64,000 bases of DNA from an uncultured Clostridia bacterium (GTDB lineage Bacteria > Bacillota > Clostridia > Oscillospirales > Acutalibacteraceae). Below the pieces are notes generated by a model. It was not told the origin of the DNA and did not search any database. It saw only the letters and a program-made list of their open reading frames with translations. Shown here piece by piece: positions 34,859-45,577 of this stretch (position 1 is the stretch's first letter; each line of letters starts with the position of its first letter). The translations under genes and the position numbers were made by a program. The DNA lies in contig CANBJR010000001.1 in assembly GCA_947369085.1 (NCBI GenBank), positions 28,978-92,977 on the forward strand, read 5' to 3'.

Positions 34859-35860
34859 ATGGAAAACGAAAAGAAAAAAGAAGTTGTATTCAGCGCAATA
34901 CAGCCCAGCGGAACAATTACACTCGGAAACTACCTCGGAGCCGTGCGCAACTGGGTTGCAATGCAGGACGAGTACAACTGTATTTATGCGCTTGCCGACC
35001 TGCACACAATTACCGTAAGGCAGGAGCCTGCTGCTATGAGAAAAAATATTCTTGACGCTTATGCTTCAATTATGGCGTGCGGAATTGATGTTGAAAAGAG
35101 TATTTTCTTTATTCAGAGTCATGTTCACACTCATGCAGAGCTTTCGTGGGCGTTAAGCTGTTACACCCAGTTTGGTGAGCTTTCAAGAATGACTCAGTTT
35201 AAGGATAAGTCTGCCAAGCACTCCGACAACATCAACGCAGGACTTTTCACTTATCCCGTACTTATGGCTTCCGATATTCTGCTTTATCAGGCGGATAAGG
35301 TGCCTGTTGGCGCCGACCAGAAGCAGCACATTGAAATTACAAGGAATATTGCAGAGCGTTTCAACGGATTGTACGGAAATGTATTCAAAATTCCCGATGG
35401 ATTTATTCCGAAGAACGGCGCAAGGGTAATGAGCCTTCAAGATCCGACTAAAAAGATGAGTAAATCGGACGAAAACGTAAACGGCTGCGTCCATCTTCTT
35501 GACACGCCCGAAGCAATTATGAGAAAGTTCAAGCGTGCCGTAACCGACAGTGAGGCTTGCGTAAGATATGCCGAGGGCAAGGACGGCGTGAACAACCTTA
35601 TGACAATTTTCAGCGCAGTTACGGGGCTTACTTATGAACAAATTGAGCGCGACTTTGACGGCAAAGGCTACGGCGACTTTAAGAATGCTGTGGGCGAGGC
35701 TGTTGTTGAGGCTCTTCGTCCGATTCGTGAACGCTATGAACAGCTTGTCAAGGACAAGGCGTATCTTGAGGAGTGCTACAGAAAGGCTGATGAAATTGCG
35801 TTAAAAATCAGCAGCCGCACATTAAATAAGGTTATGAAGAAAATAGGTTTTATTCTTTAA
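34859..35860 (+). CDS. trpS: Tryptophanyl-tRNA synthetase
   Basis: QPSGTITLGNYLGA (HIGH-like), YPVLMASDILLY, VPVGADQKQH, KKMSKS. Confidence 0.97.
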   Translation: MENEKKKEVVFSAIQPSGTITLGNYLGAVRNWVAMQDEYNCIYALADLHTITVRQEPAAMRKNILDAYASIMACGIDVEKSIFFIQSHVHTHAELSWALSCYTQFGELSRMTQFKDKSAKHSDNINAGLFTYPVLMASDILLYQADKVPVGADQKQHIEITRNIAERFNGLYGNVFKIPDGFIPKNGARVMSLQDPTKKMSKSDENVNGCVHLLDTPEAIMRKFKRAVTDSEACVRYAEGKDGVNNLMTIFSAVTGLTYEQIERDFDGKGYGDFKNAVGEAVVEALRPIRERYEQLVKDKAYLEECYRKADEIALKISSRTLNKVMKKIGFIL

Positions 35861-35887
35861 TTTTGAATAAAGATTTGGTAAAATAAT

Positions 35888-37096
35888 ATGACAAAAATTG
35901 AAAACAAAATCTTTGATTGGATAAGAAAGAATATTATTCTGATTTTTCTTGGCGCTGTTACAATTTTAGGAGTAGCCATACATTTTTGCGGAATTGATTT
36001 TCAGAGTGATGATTACAACAGTTTTCTATATCCGTGGTGGACTAGTATTGAAAGCGCCGGTGTGCAGGGAATTGCAACGCAAATAGGAAATTACAACATA
36101 CCTTATCAGATAATAACCTATTTGTTTACGCTTACTCCGATCGGGCCGTTGTATTCCTACAAGGTGTTGTCGATTGCTTTTGATTTTGTACTTGCAGGAA
36201 GTGCAGCATTGCTTGTTTATTCTTTTGATAGTAAAAAATCGTATTTTAAGCCTGCATTTACATATGGATTGATTTTCTGTTCAATGACTGTTGTGCTTAA
36301 TTCATCGTTCTGGGCACAGTGCGATTCAATTTACGTTTCATTTATACTTCTGTCAATCTACTTTTTGAAAAGTGAGAAAAACATAGCTTCATTTGTAATG
36401 CTCGGAATTGCATTTGCTTTCAAGCTTCAGGCAGTGTTTATTCTTCCGGTGTATTTGTTTTATTATGTGTGCACACGCAAGGTGTCAATTCTTCATTTTT
36501 TGATTATACCTGCCGTTGATTTTGTTATGTGTCTGCCTGCAATTATCCTCGGAAGAAATCCGCTTGACATAATAACAATTTATGCCGACCAAACGGATTA
36601 CGGTAAGCTCATTCATATGAATTTCCCGAATATATATGCATTTTTGTGTGACGGCAATGATATGACATATTATTATCTTTTTAAAACATTGTCAATTTTT
36701 CTGACATTTGCAATACTCGGTGCAGGACTTTGTATGCTGATTTACAAAAGGACAGATTTGTCTGACAGGAACAATTTTCTGCTCGCTTCAATCTGGACGG
36801 TGTTTAGCTGCATAATGTTCTTATCGTCAATGCACGAGAGATATGCGTATCTTCTTGACATACTGGTGATTATATATGCAGTAGTAAACGTAAAACGTGT
36901 TTGGCTGCCGATTGTGTGCAACCTTGTAAGCCTTAGAGGATATTGCTTCTATCTGTTTACATACGATGTTCTGGACATAAAAATTACTGCAATTGTGTAT
37001 ATTGCGGTGTATGCTTATGTTTCGTATATTTTCTTAAAAGATGTAGTAATAAACGGAAAAAAGATAAATGATAAGCCCAAAATAAAAACAGCGTAA
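35888..37096 (+). CDS. GT-C fold membrane glycosyltransferase (GT87/mannosyltransferase-like)
   Basis: SDDY..FL.PW, NYNIPY, NSSFWAQCDSIY, FKLQA, SMHERY; about 10 TM helices. Confidence 0.78.
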   Translation: MTKIENKIFDWIRKNIILIFLGAVTILGVAIHFCGIDFQSDDYNSFLYPWWTSIESAGVQGIATQIGNYNIPYQIITYLFTLTPIGPLYSYKVLSIAFDFVLAGSAALLVYSFDSKKSYFKPAFTYGLIFCSMTVVLNSSFWAQCDSIYVSFILLSIYFLKSEKNIASFVMLGIAFAFKLQAVFILPVYLFYYVCTRKVSILHFLIIPAVDFVMCLPAIILGRNPLDIITIYADQTDYGKLIHMNFPNIYAFLCDGNDMTYYYLFKTLSIFLTFAILGAGLCMLIYKRTDLSDRNNFLLASIWTVFSCIMFLSSMHERYAYLLDILVIIYAVVNVKRVWLPIVCNLVSLRGYCFYLFTYDVLDIKITAIVYIAVYAYVSYIFLKDVVINGKKINDKPKIKTA

Positions 37097-37220
37097 AATA
37101 AAAATACTAATGCGGTACTGTATGTTGGTCAGTACCGCATTTATGTTACAAATGTGTCAATTAAGTTTACTTTTTGTATACTACGCACCGTATTTCTGCT
37201 GAATTTTACAGTGGATGTTA

Positions 37221-38300
37221 TTAATCTCCGAATGAGATTCCCATTGCTTTGGCTGCTTTGATTTCCTCGCAATCTGTGGGAACGGTTTTAAGCTTTCCTG
37301 CAATTTCCTCAAGCGGAACAGGTACCACCTTTCCGTTGCGAAGTGCAACCATATTTCCGTAATTTTTATCAATAATAAGCTGTGCAGCGGCTACGCCGAA
37401 GCGTGTGGAAATTACACGGTCATACGGGTCGGGACTTCCTCCTCGCTGGAAGTGACCGGGAACGGTAACCCTTGTTTCCTGTCCGGTTGCCTGCTCAATT
37501 TCTTCGGCAATTTTGTAGGAGATAGACGGATACTTCATATCTGCAATTGCCGCTTTTTTCTGCTTTTTGGGAAGGGAAGCAAGTTCCTTTGAAATTGCAC
37601 CCTCTGCAACGGCAAGAATAGAAAAGTTTTTTCCGTTTGCTGTGCGTGCCTTTATAGTCTTAATAACCGAGTTGATGTCATACGGAATTTCGGGAATGAG
37701 GATAATATCCGCACCGCCCGCAATTCCTGCATAAAGCGTAAGCCAGCCAACCTTATGTCCCATAACCTCAATTATGAAAACTCGTCCGTGCGATGTAGCG
37801 GTTGTGTGAATACAGTCGATTACATTTGTTGCAATGTCAACTGCACTTTGAAAACCAAAGGTAATGTCAGTTCCCCAAAGGTCATTGTCAATTGTTTTCG
37901 GAAGCGAAACGACATTAAGCCCCTCTTCTCTGAGCAGATTGGCTGTTTTTTGTGTTCCGTTTCCGCCGAGAACAACAAGGCAGTCAAGGTTGAGCTTTTT
38001 GTAATTTTTCTTCATAGCCGCAACCTTGTCAACGCTGTTTTCGTCTATAACACGCATAAGCTTGAACGGCTGTCTTGATGTGCCGAGAATTGTGCCGCCC
38101 ATTGTAAGAATACCCGAGAAATTTTCAGGTTTCATACGTCTGTACTCTCCGTAAATAAGTCCTCTGTAGCCGTCGATTATGCCGATAATTTCAACATCAT
38201 CACTGCCGTAGTAATTATACAGAGTTTTGGCAACTGCTCGAATTGTTGAGTTAAGTCCCTGACAATCTCCTCCGCTTGTTAAAATACCTACTCGTTTCAT
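37221..38300 (-). CDS. pfkA: 6-phosphofructokinase, group III type
   Basis: LTSGGDCQGLN, GGTILGTSR, GGNGT, PKTIDND, EVMGH, GHFQRGG; start overlaps the ppk1 stop (ATGA). Confidence 0.95.
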   Translation of the reverse strand: MKRVGILTSGGDCQGLNSTIRAVAKTLYNYYGSDDVEIIGIIDGYRGLIYGEYRRMKPENFSGILTMGGTILGTSRQPFKLMRVIDENSVDKVAAMKKNYKKLNLDCLVVLGGNGTQKTANLLREEGLNVVSLPKTIDNDLWGTDITFGFQSAVDIATNVIDCIHTTATSHGRVFIIEVMGHKVGWLTLYAGIAGGADIILIPEIPYDINSVIKTIKARTANGKNFSILAVAEGAISKELASLPKKQKKAAIADMKYPSISYKIAEEIEQATGQETRVTVPGHFQRGGSPDPYDRVISTRFGVAAAQLIIDKNYGNMVALRNGKVVPVPLEEIAGKLKTVPTDCEEIKAAKAMGISFGD

Positions 38301-40465
38301 TCTTTGTTTTCTCCTTTTTTTATTGGTACAATAGGTGTTCCTACCGTTTTTGCATAGTCTGCTTTCATTGCGTTTTTCTGTTCTTTCAGTGCATGCTTTG
38401 AAAAATATTTCTGACAATTCAGCCGCTTTTTGCCGCGTTTGTCAACAAAGGTATAAGTCATATCGCTGTGCTGTTTACGTGCATTTACGGTATCCTTGAA
38501 CATAATATTCATTATGCCCTGAACACGCTCTTTGATGTCTTCGTCCTCAACGGGGAATACAAGCTCAACTCGCTTGTCAAGATTTCTCGGCATCCAGTCG
38601 GCGCTTCCCATATAATACTGAGGATTTCCGTTGTTTTCAAAAATAAAAATTCTGCTGTGTTCCAATAGCTGACCGACAACCGAAATAACCCTGATGTTTT
38701 CGCTGAAGCCTTTAACACCCGGCACAAGACAGCAGATTCCCCTTACAACAAGGTCAACCTTAACGCCTGCGTTTGACGCGTCATAAAGCAGGCTTATTAT
38801 TTTCGGGTCAACGAGAGAATTAACCTTTGCCGTGATTTTTGCGTTAAGTCCGAGCTTTGCATTTTGTGTTTCATTTATTATCATCGCCTCAAAAAATGTT
38901 CTCATTCCGTGCGGAGCAACAATAAACTTGTTGTACTCGGGCGGGAAAGAGTAACCCGTAAGAACATTGAACAGAGAGGAGGCGTCAATGCCGTATTCTT
39001 CACGGCAGGTGAACATTCCTATATCGGTGTAAAAGCGTGCTGTGCTGTCGTTGTAGTTGCCTGTTCCCATATGCAGATAGCGCCTGATTCCGTCGTCATC
39101 ACGGCGGACAACAAGGCAGATTTTGCAGTGAGTTTTAAGTCCCGTAAGTCCGTAAATAACGTGACAGCCGGCTTTTTCAAGCTTGTTTGCCCATTGAATG
39201 TTGTTTTCTTCATCAAATCTTGCTTTCAGCTCAACAAGTACAGTAACCTGTTTGCCGTTTTCGCAAGCCTTGATAAGCGCCGCCACAATCGGGGAATTTC
39301 CGCTGACACGATAAAGCGTCTGCTTAATTGCAAGAACCTTGGGGTCAACAGCCGCTTTCTTTACAAAGTTTACAACAACGTCAAAACTTTCATACGGGTG
39401 ATGAACAAGTCTGTCCTTTTCGCGGATAGCCTTGAAAATATTGTCATATCCGCAAAACTCGGCAGGTGGATTTACAGGTACAATCGGCTCAAAGCAGAGG
39501 TTTTCACATCCCTCTATGTGTGCAAACTTTGACAGGAACGTAAGGTCAAGAGGTCCGCGCTGAAAATATATTTCGTCCTCGCTGACTTCAAGCGCATTAA
39601 TAAGGAAATTTCTGATTTCCTTATTGCACTTCTTGCTGAATTCAAGCCTTACGGGAACACCCCTTTTACGCTTGCGGATTGACTTTTTGATTTCAGCCAT
39701 AAGGTCCTCGGTGTCCTCGTCAATGTCAAGGTCAGAGTCCCTTGTTATGCGGAATGCATCATATTCTTTAATGTTATAAAGCTCGAAAAGCTCGTTTAAA
39801 TATGCGGCGATTACCTTTTCAAGCAGAATGAACGCTCTGCCTTCGTGAGAGGGAAGCTCAAGAAATCTCGGTAGGATTGACGGAACCTGAACTACTGCAA
39901 AAAATTCCTCGTTTTTTGCGTTGGTAAGTCTTAGTGCAATGTTAAGGCTTTTGTTTGCAAGCAAAGGAAACGGTCTGCTTGTGTCAACAGCCATAGGGGT
40001 AAGAACAGGAAAGGCTACCTTGTGAAAGTACTCGTCAATAAAGGCTTTTTGGTTGCCGTCAAGCTCATCAATATTTTTAAATGTTATTCCGTTTGCACGT
40101 AGTGACGGAATTATTGAACGATTATAACAGGTGTATTGTTTTTTAGCAAAATCATGGATTTTTTCCGAAAGACGGCTCATAACTTCGTTTGGAGTCAGCC
40201 CCGATGCATCTTTGGATTTTACTCCGTGGTGAATCTGGTCAAGCACTCCAGCAACTCTTACCATAAAAAATTCGTCAAGGTTTGATGCGGTAATGGAAAG
40301 AAAGTTGCACCGCTCCATAATAGGGTTATCCTTTTTTGTTGCCTCTTCAAGAACACGTTTGTTAAAGTCAATCCAGCTTAACTCACGGTTATTGTAGGGC
40401 ATACTGTGCCATTGCGCCATTTGCTTTGATTTATCAATTTTTTTCTTATTATCGTTTGTTGACAT
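38297..40465 (-). CDS. ppk1: Polyphosphate kinase 1
   Basis: NRELSW, SNLDEFFMVRVAG, HHPYESF, ELKARFDEENNI, KTHCK, LEHSRIF, SADWMPRN. Confidence 0.97.
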   Translation of the reverse strand: MSTNDNKKKIDKSKQMAQWHSMPYNNRELSWIDFNKRVLEEATKKDNPIMERCNFLSITASNLDEFFMVRVAGVLDQIHHGVKSKDASGLTPNEVMSRLSEKIHDFAKKQYTCYNRSIIPSLRANGITFKNIDELDGNQKAFIDEYFHKVAFPVLTPMAVDTSRPFPLLANKSLNIALRLTNAKNEEFFAVVQVPSILPRFLELPSHEGRAFILLEKVIAAYLNELFELYNIKEYDAFRITRDSDLDIDEDTEDLMAEIKKSIRKRKRGVPVRLEFSKKCNKEIRNFLINALEVSEDEIYFQRGPLDLTFLSKFAHIEGCENLCFEPIVPVNPPAEFCGYDNIFKAIREKDRLVHHPYESFDVVVNFVKKAAVDPKVLAIKQTLYRVSGNSPIVAALIKACENGKQVTVLVELKARFDEENNIQWANKLEKAGCHVIYGLTGLKTHCKICLVVRRDDDGIRRYLHMGTGNYNDSTARFYTDIGMFTCREEYGIDASSLFNVLTGYSFPPEYNKFIVAPHGMRTFFEAMIINETQNAKLGLNAKITAKVNSLVDPKIISLLYDASNAGVKVDLVVRGICCLVPGVKGFSENIRVISVVGQLLEHSRIFIFENNGNPQYYMGSADWMPRNLDKRVELVFPVEDEDIKERVQGIMNIMFKDTVNARKQHSDMTYTFVDKRGKKRLNCQKYFSKHALKEQKNAMKADYAKTVGTPIVPIKKGENKE

Positions 40466-40674
40466 ATAAACACCGCCGAATATATATTATACAAATGTAT
40501 ATACAATTATTATATATCATAATTAATAATAATACAAGGCGATTATGTAAAATAAATGTGAAAATGTACAAATTTTACATTTGTTTTACAAATAATTGCA
40601 AAATAAAAGCACAGTATAGCCTGTTATTCACAAGATATACTGTGCAAATCTTTAAAAAATCGGATTTTATAAAT

Positions 40675-41820
40675 TTAGTATGTAAGATATTTTTGCATGC
40701 AGGTTGTGTCCATAACCGTAATACGACCGTCAAAGTCAAAGTCGCATTGTGCAATCTGCTTTTCTGTAAGCTCAATCTGACCGCTGACATATTGCTGAAT
40801 CATAGTTGCGTCAACAATTGAGATATAGCCGTCACCGTTTACATCGCCGACTCCGAGATTATCGGCAGGCTTGCTGCCTGAACTTCCGCTTGGTTTAGTA
40901 GCAGGCTGTGTTGTTGCAGGAGCAGTTGTCGGCTGAGTTGGTTTTGCAGTAGTTGGTTGGGTAGTCGGTTTTGCCGTAGTCGGCTGAACAGTAGGCTTTG
41001 CAGTTGTGGGCTGGGTTGTCGGTTTAGCTGTTGTGGGTTGAGTTACAGCGCCTACATATTTGCAGTAATCCATACACACCCATCCGTTCTGACCATTGTA
41101 GGTTGTATAACCCCAGTTGTAAGCGGAATCAGATTTTACATTGGTTACGGTAATTTGTGTATTGCTCGGGATTGTGAGCAGTACACTGTTGCCGGTACCT
41201 ATTCCGCTTCTCATATTAAGAGCATCGGTTGTTTTATAAATTCCCGTTTTATATGTTATGGGGAGAGTTTCAGCTTGTCCGCCGCCGAAATCGCCTATGT
41301 AGATATATCCCTGGAAATTCCACCAGCTTGAGCCGCCTGCGTTGGAGTCAGATGTGCTTGCGTAGGAAAGGTAAAAGTTTGAACCGCTCCACGCAGAGTT
41401 TGAAAAAGTAATCTGTCCGTTTTCAATTTTCTCAACAACGGCAACGTGACCGCCTCCGCCGTCATATGCCCAGCATGCAATTGCGCCGAGCTTAGGGGTT
41501 TGTCCGTATTTGTAATAGCCTTTTGACTTGTTGTAGCCGTACCAGTCTTCGGCATTGCCCCACGAAAGTTTGGGTTCGGTTTTGAGAATTTCATAAGCCC
41601 TGCCGTATGCATAAGCAGTACAGTTGGGCATACCGTAGCCGTATTTATAGAAAACATTTATATCGCTGTAATAATATTTATTGGTTGATGAAGGAGCAGA
41701 AAGTCTTGGTGAAAAAGATGTAGCCGCATTTGCAAAAATCGACATTGAAAAAACTGATGTAAAAAGAATTGCAACAGTAACAACGATTGCAGATACTTTT
41801 TTTGTAACACGATACCTCAA
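40675..41820 (-). CDS. Secreted CHAP-domain peptidoglycan hydrolase with SH3b, Pro/Thr linker and C-terminal dockerin
   Basis: TTG start after AGGAAGG; signal peptide; PNCTAYAYGR, GNAEDW, GHVAVVE (CHAP); LNMRSG..WGY..YNGQNGWV (SH3b); (QPTTAKPT)n; GDVNGDGYISIVDATMIQ..DFDFDGRITVMDTTCMQ. Confidence 0.88.
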   Translation of the reverse strand: MRYRVTKKVSAIVVTVAILFTSVFSMSIFANAATSFSPRLSAPSSTNKYYYSDINVFYKYGYGMPNCTAYAYGRAYEILKTEPKLSWGNAEDWYGYNKSKGYYKYGQTPKLGAIACWAYDGGGGHVAVVEKIENGQITFSNSAWSGSNFYLSYASTSDSNAGGSSWWNFQGYIYIGDFGGGQAETLPITYKTGIYKTTDALNMRSGIGTGNSVLLTIPSNTQITVTNVKSDSAYNWGYTTYNGQNGWVCMDYCKYVGAVTQPTTAKPTTQPTTAKPTVQPTTAKPTTQPTTAKPTQPTTAPATTQPATKPSGSSGSKPADNLGVGDVNGDGYISIVDATMIQQYVSGQIELTEKQIAQCDFDFDGRITVMDTTCMQKYLTY

Positions 41821-42135
41821 AAAAACACCTTCCTGATAAAATTTATTCAAATAATAATTAAATATTCTAAAAATAAAAATTACTAAAATGTAACCTTTGT
41901 AAATTATTTTACCATATTGTAATAGAAAAATCAAAGTGAAATTGCACCGATAAAAGGTGTTTTTCAGACGCATATTTGCAATAATTTACACAATAAGACA
42001 AAAATTAATGCACCGCAAAGAAATAGATTGATGTAGCGGTGCATTGAAAAATGTAGTTTTAGTTTTTGCTTGTTTTAGTAAGCATAGAAAAGATAAATGA
42101 AACTATCGATTTGGATTACAGGAATTTTTACTTGG

Positions 42136-45100
42136 TTATTCTACGCTTTTCAGGCTTTCTACCATATTTACCGCCTTAATTTTAAAGCTCATTACGGCGT
42201 TTACGATAAGCGAGAACAGCATGGTAAGACCTGCGGCAAAAATATACGTTGTGGGGTAGATTACACGTCCGAACATAATGTTGTCAATTTCAACTGTATG
42301 AACAATAAATGATGTAAGGAATATTCCGAGCACCAGACCGACTATTATGCCGAGCAGGGTAAGCACAATGTTTTCTTTATATATGAAAGATGAGGTTTCC
42401 TTGTTGTTAAAGCCGAGAACCTTAAAGGTTGCAATTTCACGCACACGTTCGGCTATGTTGATGTTTGTAAGGTTATAAAGCACAACGAACGCAAGAGCCG
42501 CCGCACATATTATCATAACAAGCACAACAAGGTTGAGCGAGTTGAGCATATTTTCAAATTCCTCAAGGCTTGAAGCAATGAACGAAACTGCCGCAATCGA
42601 GTCATCTTTTAAAATCTCAAAGCTGAATTTTTCCTGTGCGGACTGAGAATTATCATTTAACTTAACATCAAGAATGTTGTAGGATGGATTCTTGCCGTAT
42701 AGGGAGTTGTACAGTGTTGGCGTCATATAAATGTAATTATGCAGGTATTGTTCAAAAATTCCGCAAACCGTTACTTCACTTTCGCCGAATTCTCCGCTTA
42801 CCTTAATTGTATCGCCTGTTTTTATGCCGAACTCCTCCGACAGCTTTTCGTTAATAAGCGCGCCGTCATCGGTAAGAGCAAGCTCTCTACCGCTTTTGCG
42901 ATTGTGAAGCGAGATGATTGAGCTAAGCTCGTTAGGGCTTTGAACAACGGTGAGATATGTGCTTTCGTCCTTTATTTGACCTTTAAATTCAACGGTTGCG
43001 TCCTCCTGAGAGGTGAGCATAAAATTGCTGACATTATCTTTGCTTTCTACTTCGGAAACAAGGTAGTCAAGCTCTTTTTGTGTACCGCTTTCTTTTGGCA
43101 CGATTACTGCGTCGTACTTGTAAATTGTTTCAAACTGGTCTTTTGTCAGCGGGTCAAAGCTGTTTAAAAGTCCGAATGCCGCAACAATAAGCGCCGTACA
43201 GCCTGCAACGCCGATAACCGTCATACAAAGCCTTGATTTGTACCTGAACAAATTTCTTGCCGTCAGCTTTGCAGTAAAGCTGAAACGGTTCCACAGCGGA
43301 GTTACATATTCAAGCAGAATACGCTTGCCGGGTTTGGGAGCCTTTGGCCGCATAGCCTCGGCAGGCTTGTGTGACAGCGAGCGCATACAAACGACTATCG
43401 AAACAACCGTGGTGCACAAAACTGCGGCGGCAATTCCGAGAACGATGCTTGCAACGTTGAGCACAAGCGATATATCGCCGATGTAGTACATAATCTTGTA
43501 GGCGTTGAAGATGATGAACGGAAGCGTACATACTCCGATTACAGTGCCGATTACACTGCCGATAATCGCAGCGATAAGCGCATAGATTACAAATTTAGCA
43601 ACGATATTTATATTGCTGTAGCCGAGAGCCTTAAAAGTAGCAATTTCGGTTCGCTTTTCCTCAATAAGTCTGGTCATAGTCGTTACGCAGACAAGCACGG
43701 CTACAAGCAGAAAAAACACGGGGAATACAGACGCAACTGCGTCAAGTCTGTCGGCATTCTGAGAAAACGAGGAGTAACCCGGGTTATCATCACGCGTAAA
43801 GACGTACCATTCGGGAGAGGATAATTTATCAAGCTCCTCTTGTGCGTTGTTTATTTCTTCTTCAGCTTCGGCAAATTTTTCATCTGCCTTTGACTTTTCT
43901 TTGTCATATTCATCTTGAGCGTCATCAAGTTTTTGATGACCATCGCTTTTTTGCGTTTCAAGTTCTTTTATGCCGTTTTCATATTGCGACTGTGCAGAAT
44001 TAAGGCTGTTTTCAGCTTCAACAAGCTTATTGTAGCCCTCAGTTTTTTGAGTTTCAAGCTCGGCTTTTCCGTCTTTCAGTGCAGCTTTGCCGTTCTCAAT
44101 TTGTGCGAGTGCCAAGTCAAGTTGTTGTTGACCTTCACTCTTTTTTATGTCAAGCTCTGTCTGAGCTGAGTTAAGAGTTGATTTTTTTTCTTCAAACTGC
44201 GAAAGTGCCTGACTGTATTGCAGATTAAGATTGTCAAGCGTTTGTTGTGCCTGCTCAAGCTGTGCGTTAAGTACTGCAAGAACATCGGGATTTGTTTCAA
44301 CTGCAATTGCGGCTTTCAGTGAGTCAACTGCCGACCGCGCCTGTTCAATTCCTGCAAGAAGCTGAGGTTCCTGAGTGTTTTTAAACTCATTATACGCTGT
44401 TTCGTATTCGGCTTTGCCGTTATCTATTTCGTTTTGAGCAGAGGTTATTTGAGAGTCAAAATCGGATTTTGACTTGTTGTATTCGGTTTCAGCGTTGTTA
44501 AGCTGTGTTTCCTGCTTGCTGATTTCGTCTTCGGCAGAGGCAATTTTGGAATAGTATTCGTTTTTGGAATTTTCAAGTTCATTTCTTCCGCTTTCAATTT
44601 GTGCTTTTGCGTTGTCAAGTTCATCCTGAGCGGCTGAAATTTTTTCGTCAAACTCCTTTTTCGATTCGTCAATCTTATTTTTTGCATCATTTAACTGCTT
44701 TTCAGCTTTTGATTTTTCATCATTGTATTCGCTTTTTGCATCTTCAAGCTCATCTTTTGATTTTTCAATTACATCTTTATTAAATACCTCGCATTGTGCA
44801 TTTGCAGTTTTCTCAAGAGTTTTTGCAAAGGTTTCGGAATTTTCTTCATAGTCATTAGAAAAAGCAGAATATTTTTCGGAAAAATCCGCCTTAACATACA
44901 GCTCAGTATAGCGTTCGGTTTTGAAGCAGTCCTGACCTATATACATATATTCGGAAATTTTGCCGTTCCCTATGTTTGTTGTGCCCCTCTCATAGGATAT
45001 GTAGAGAGGAGAATTCACCAATCCTACAACCGTGTATTCAAGACAGTTAAGTTGTTCTGTCAGGTCTGAGTCGCCTGCTTTTTTTGATAGTGTGATTTTA

Positions 45101-45555
45101 TCGCCCATTTTATACCGTGTGCCTGACATTGAGTCGTGCTCAACAAGTATTTCATTTGGCTTTTCGGGCATTCTGCCTTCATTTAAAACAAGCGAATTTA
45201 ACTCAGCGTTCTCATTGTATTTTTCGGGCACGGCAATAAGCCTAATTACATTTCCTCCGCTTTCGGCAGAAAGCTGTGCGTCGGAGAAATACGACGGCAT
45301 AACAAATGATACACCCTCGGTTTTTTCGACAGCTTTAATATCGTCCTCATCAAAGCCGACAGTTGAAACGAGCCTGTAGTCCATAAGGTTTTGCTCGTTG
45401 TAGTAGTTCTCGGCAAGATTGTACATTGACGGTGTGGTAGCCTTTATTCCTGCGAAAAAGCCTACGCCGAGCGCAATTATAGCCATAATGGAAATAAAGC
45501 GTGCTTTTGAGTTTTTTATTTCACGAAAAGTGTTTTTAAGGAGTGATTTGGTCAT
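42136..45555 (-). CDS. FtsX/MacB-type ABC exporter permease with long coiled coil
   Basis: RFISIMAIIALGV, coiled coil, TTMTRLIEEKRTEIATFKALGYS, NIAERVREIATFKVLGF. Confidence 0.9.
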   Translation of the reverse strand: MTKSLLKNTFREIKNSKARFISIMAIIALGVGFFAGIKATTPSMYNLAENYYNEQNLMDYRLVSTVGFDEDDIKAVEKTEGVSFVMPSYFSDAQLSAESGGNVIRLIAVPEKYNENAELNSLVLNEGRMPEKPNEILVEHDSMSGTRYKMGDKITLSKKAGDSDLTEQLNCLEYTVVGLVNSPLYISYERGTTNIGNGKISEYMYIGQDCFKTERYTELYVKADFSEKYSAFSNDYEENSETFAKTLEKTANAQCEVFNKDVIEKSKDELEDAKSEYNDEKSKAEKQLNDAKNKIDESKKEFDEKISAAQDELDNAKAQIESGRNELENSKNEYYSKIASAEDEISKQETQLNNAETEYNKSKSDFDSQITSAQNEIDNGKAEYETAYNEFKNTQEPQLLAGIEQARSAVDSLKAAIAVETNPDVLAVLNAQLEQAQQTLDNLNLQYSQALSQFEEKKSTLNSAQTELDIKKSEGQQQLDLALAQIENGKAALKDGKAELETQKTEGYNKLVEAENSLNSAQSQYENGIKELETQKSDGHQKLDDAQDEYDKEKSKADEKFAEAEEEINNAQEELDKLSSPEWYVFTRDDNPGYSSFSQNADRLDAVASVFPVFFLLVAVLVCVTTMTRLIEEKRTEIATFKALGYSNINIVAKFVIYALIAAIIGSVIGTVIGVCTLPFIIFNAYKIMYYIGDISLVLNVASIVLGIAAAVLCTTVVSIVVCMRSLSHKPAEAMRPKAPKPGKRILLEYVTPLWNRFSFTAKLTARNLFRYKSRLCMTVIGVAGCTALIVAAFGLLNSFDPLTKDQFETIYKYDAVIVPKESGTQKELDYLVSEVESKDNVSNFMLTSQEDATVEFKGQIKDESTYLTVVQSPNELSSIISLHNRKSGRELALTDDGALINEKLSEEFGIKTGDTIKVSGEFGESEVTVCGIFEQYLHNYIYMTPTLYNSLYGKNPSYNILDVKLNDNSQSAQEKFSFEILKDDSIAAVSFIASSLEEFENMLNSLNLVVLVMIICAAALAFVVLYNLTNINIAERVREIATFKVLGFNNKETSSFIYKENIVLTLLGIIVGLVLGIFLTSFIVHTVEIDNIMFGRVIYPTTYIFAAGLTMLFSLIVNAVMSFKIKAVNMVESLKSVE

Positions 45556-45577
45556 TACAGGTCACCTTCCTTAATGC

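Noticed and set aside
38864-39532. 222-aa plus-strand ORF
   Set aside because: Entirely antisense to ppk1; typical shadow ORF.
40890-41045. Tandem ~27-bp repeats
   Set aside because: Codons of the QPTTAKPT linker with synonymous variation; not a CRISPR array or DNA-level element.
42097-42312. 71-aa plus-strand ORF
   Set aside because: Mostly overlaps the 3' end of the ABC permease on the opposite strand; no motif.
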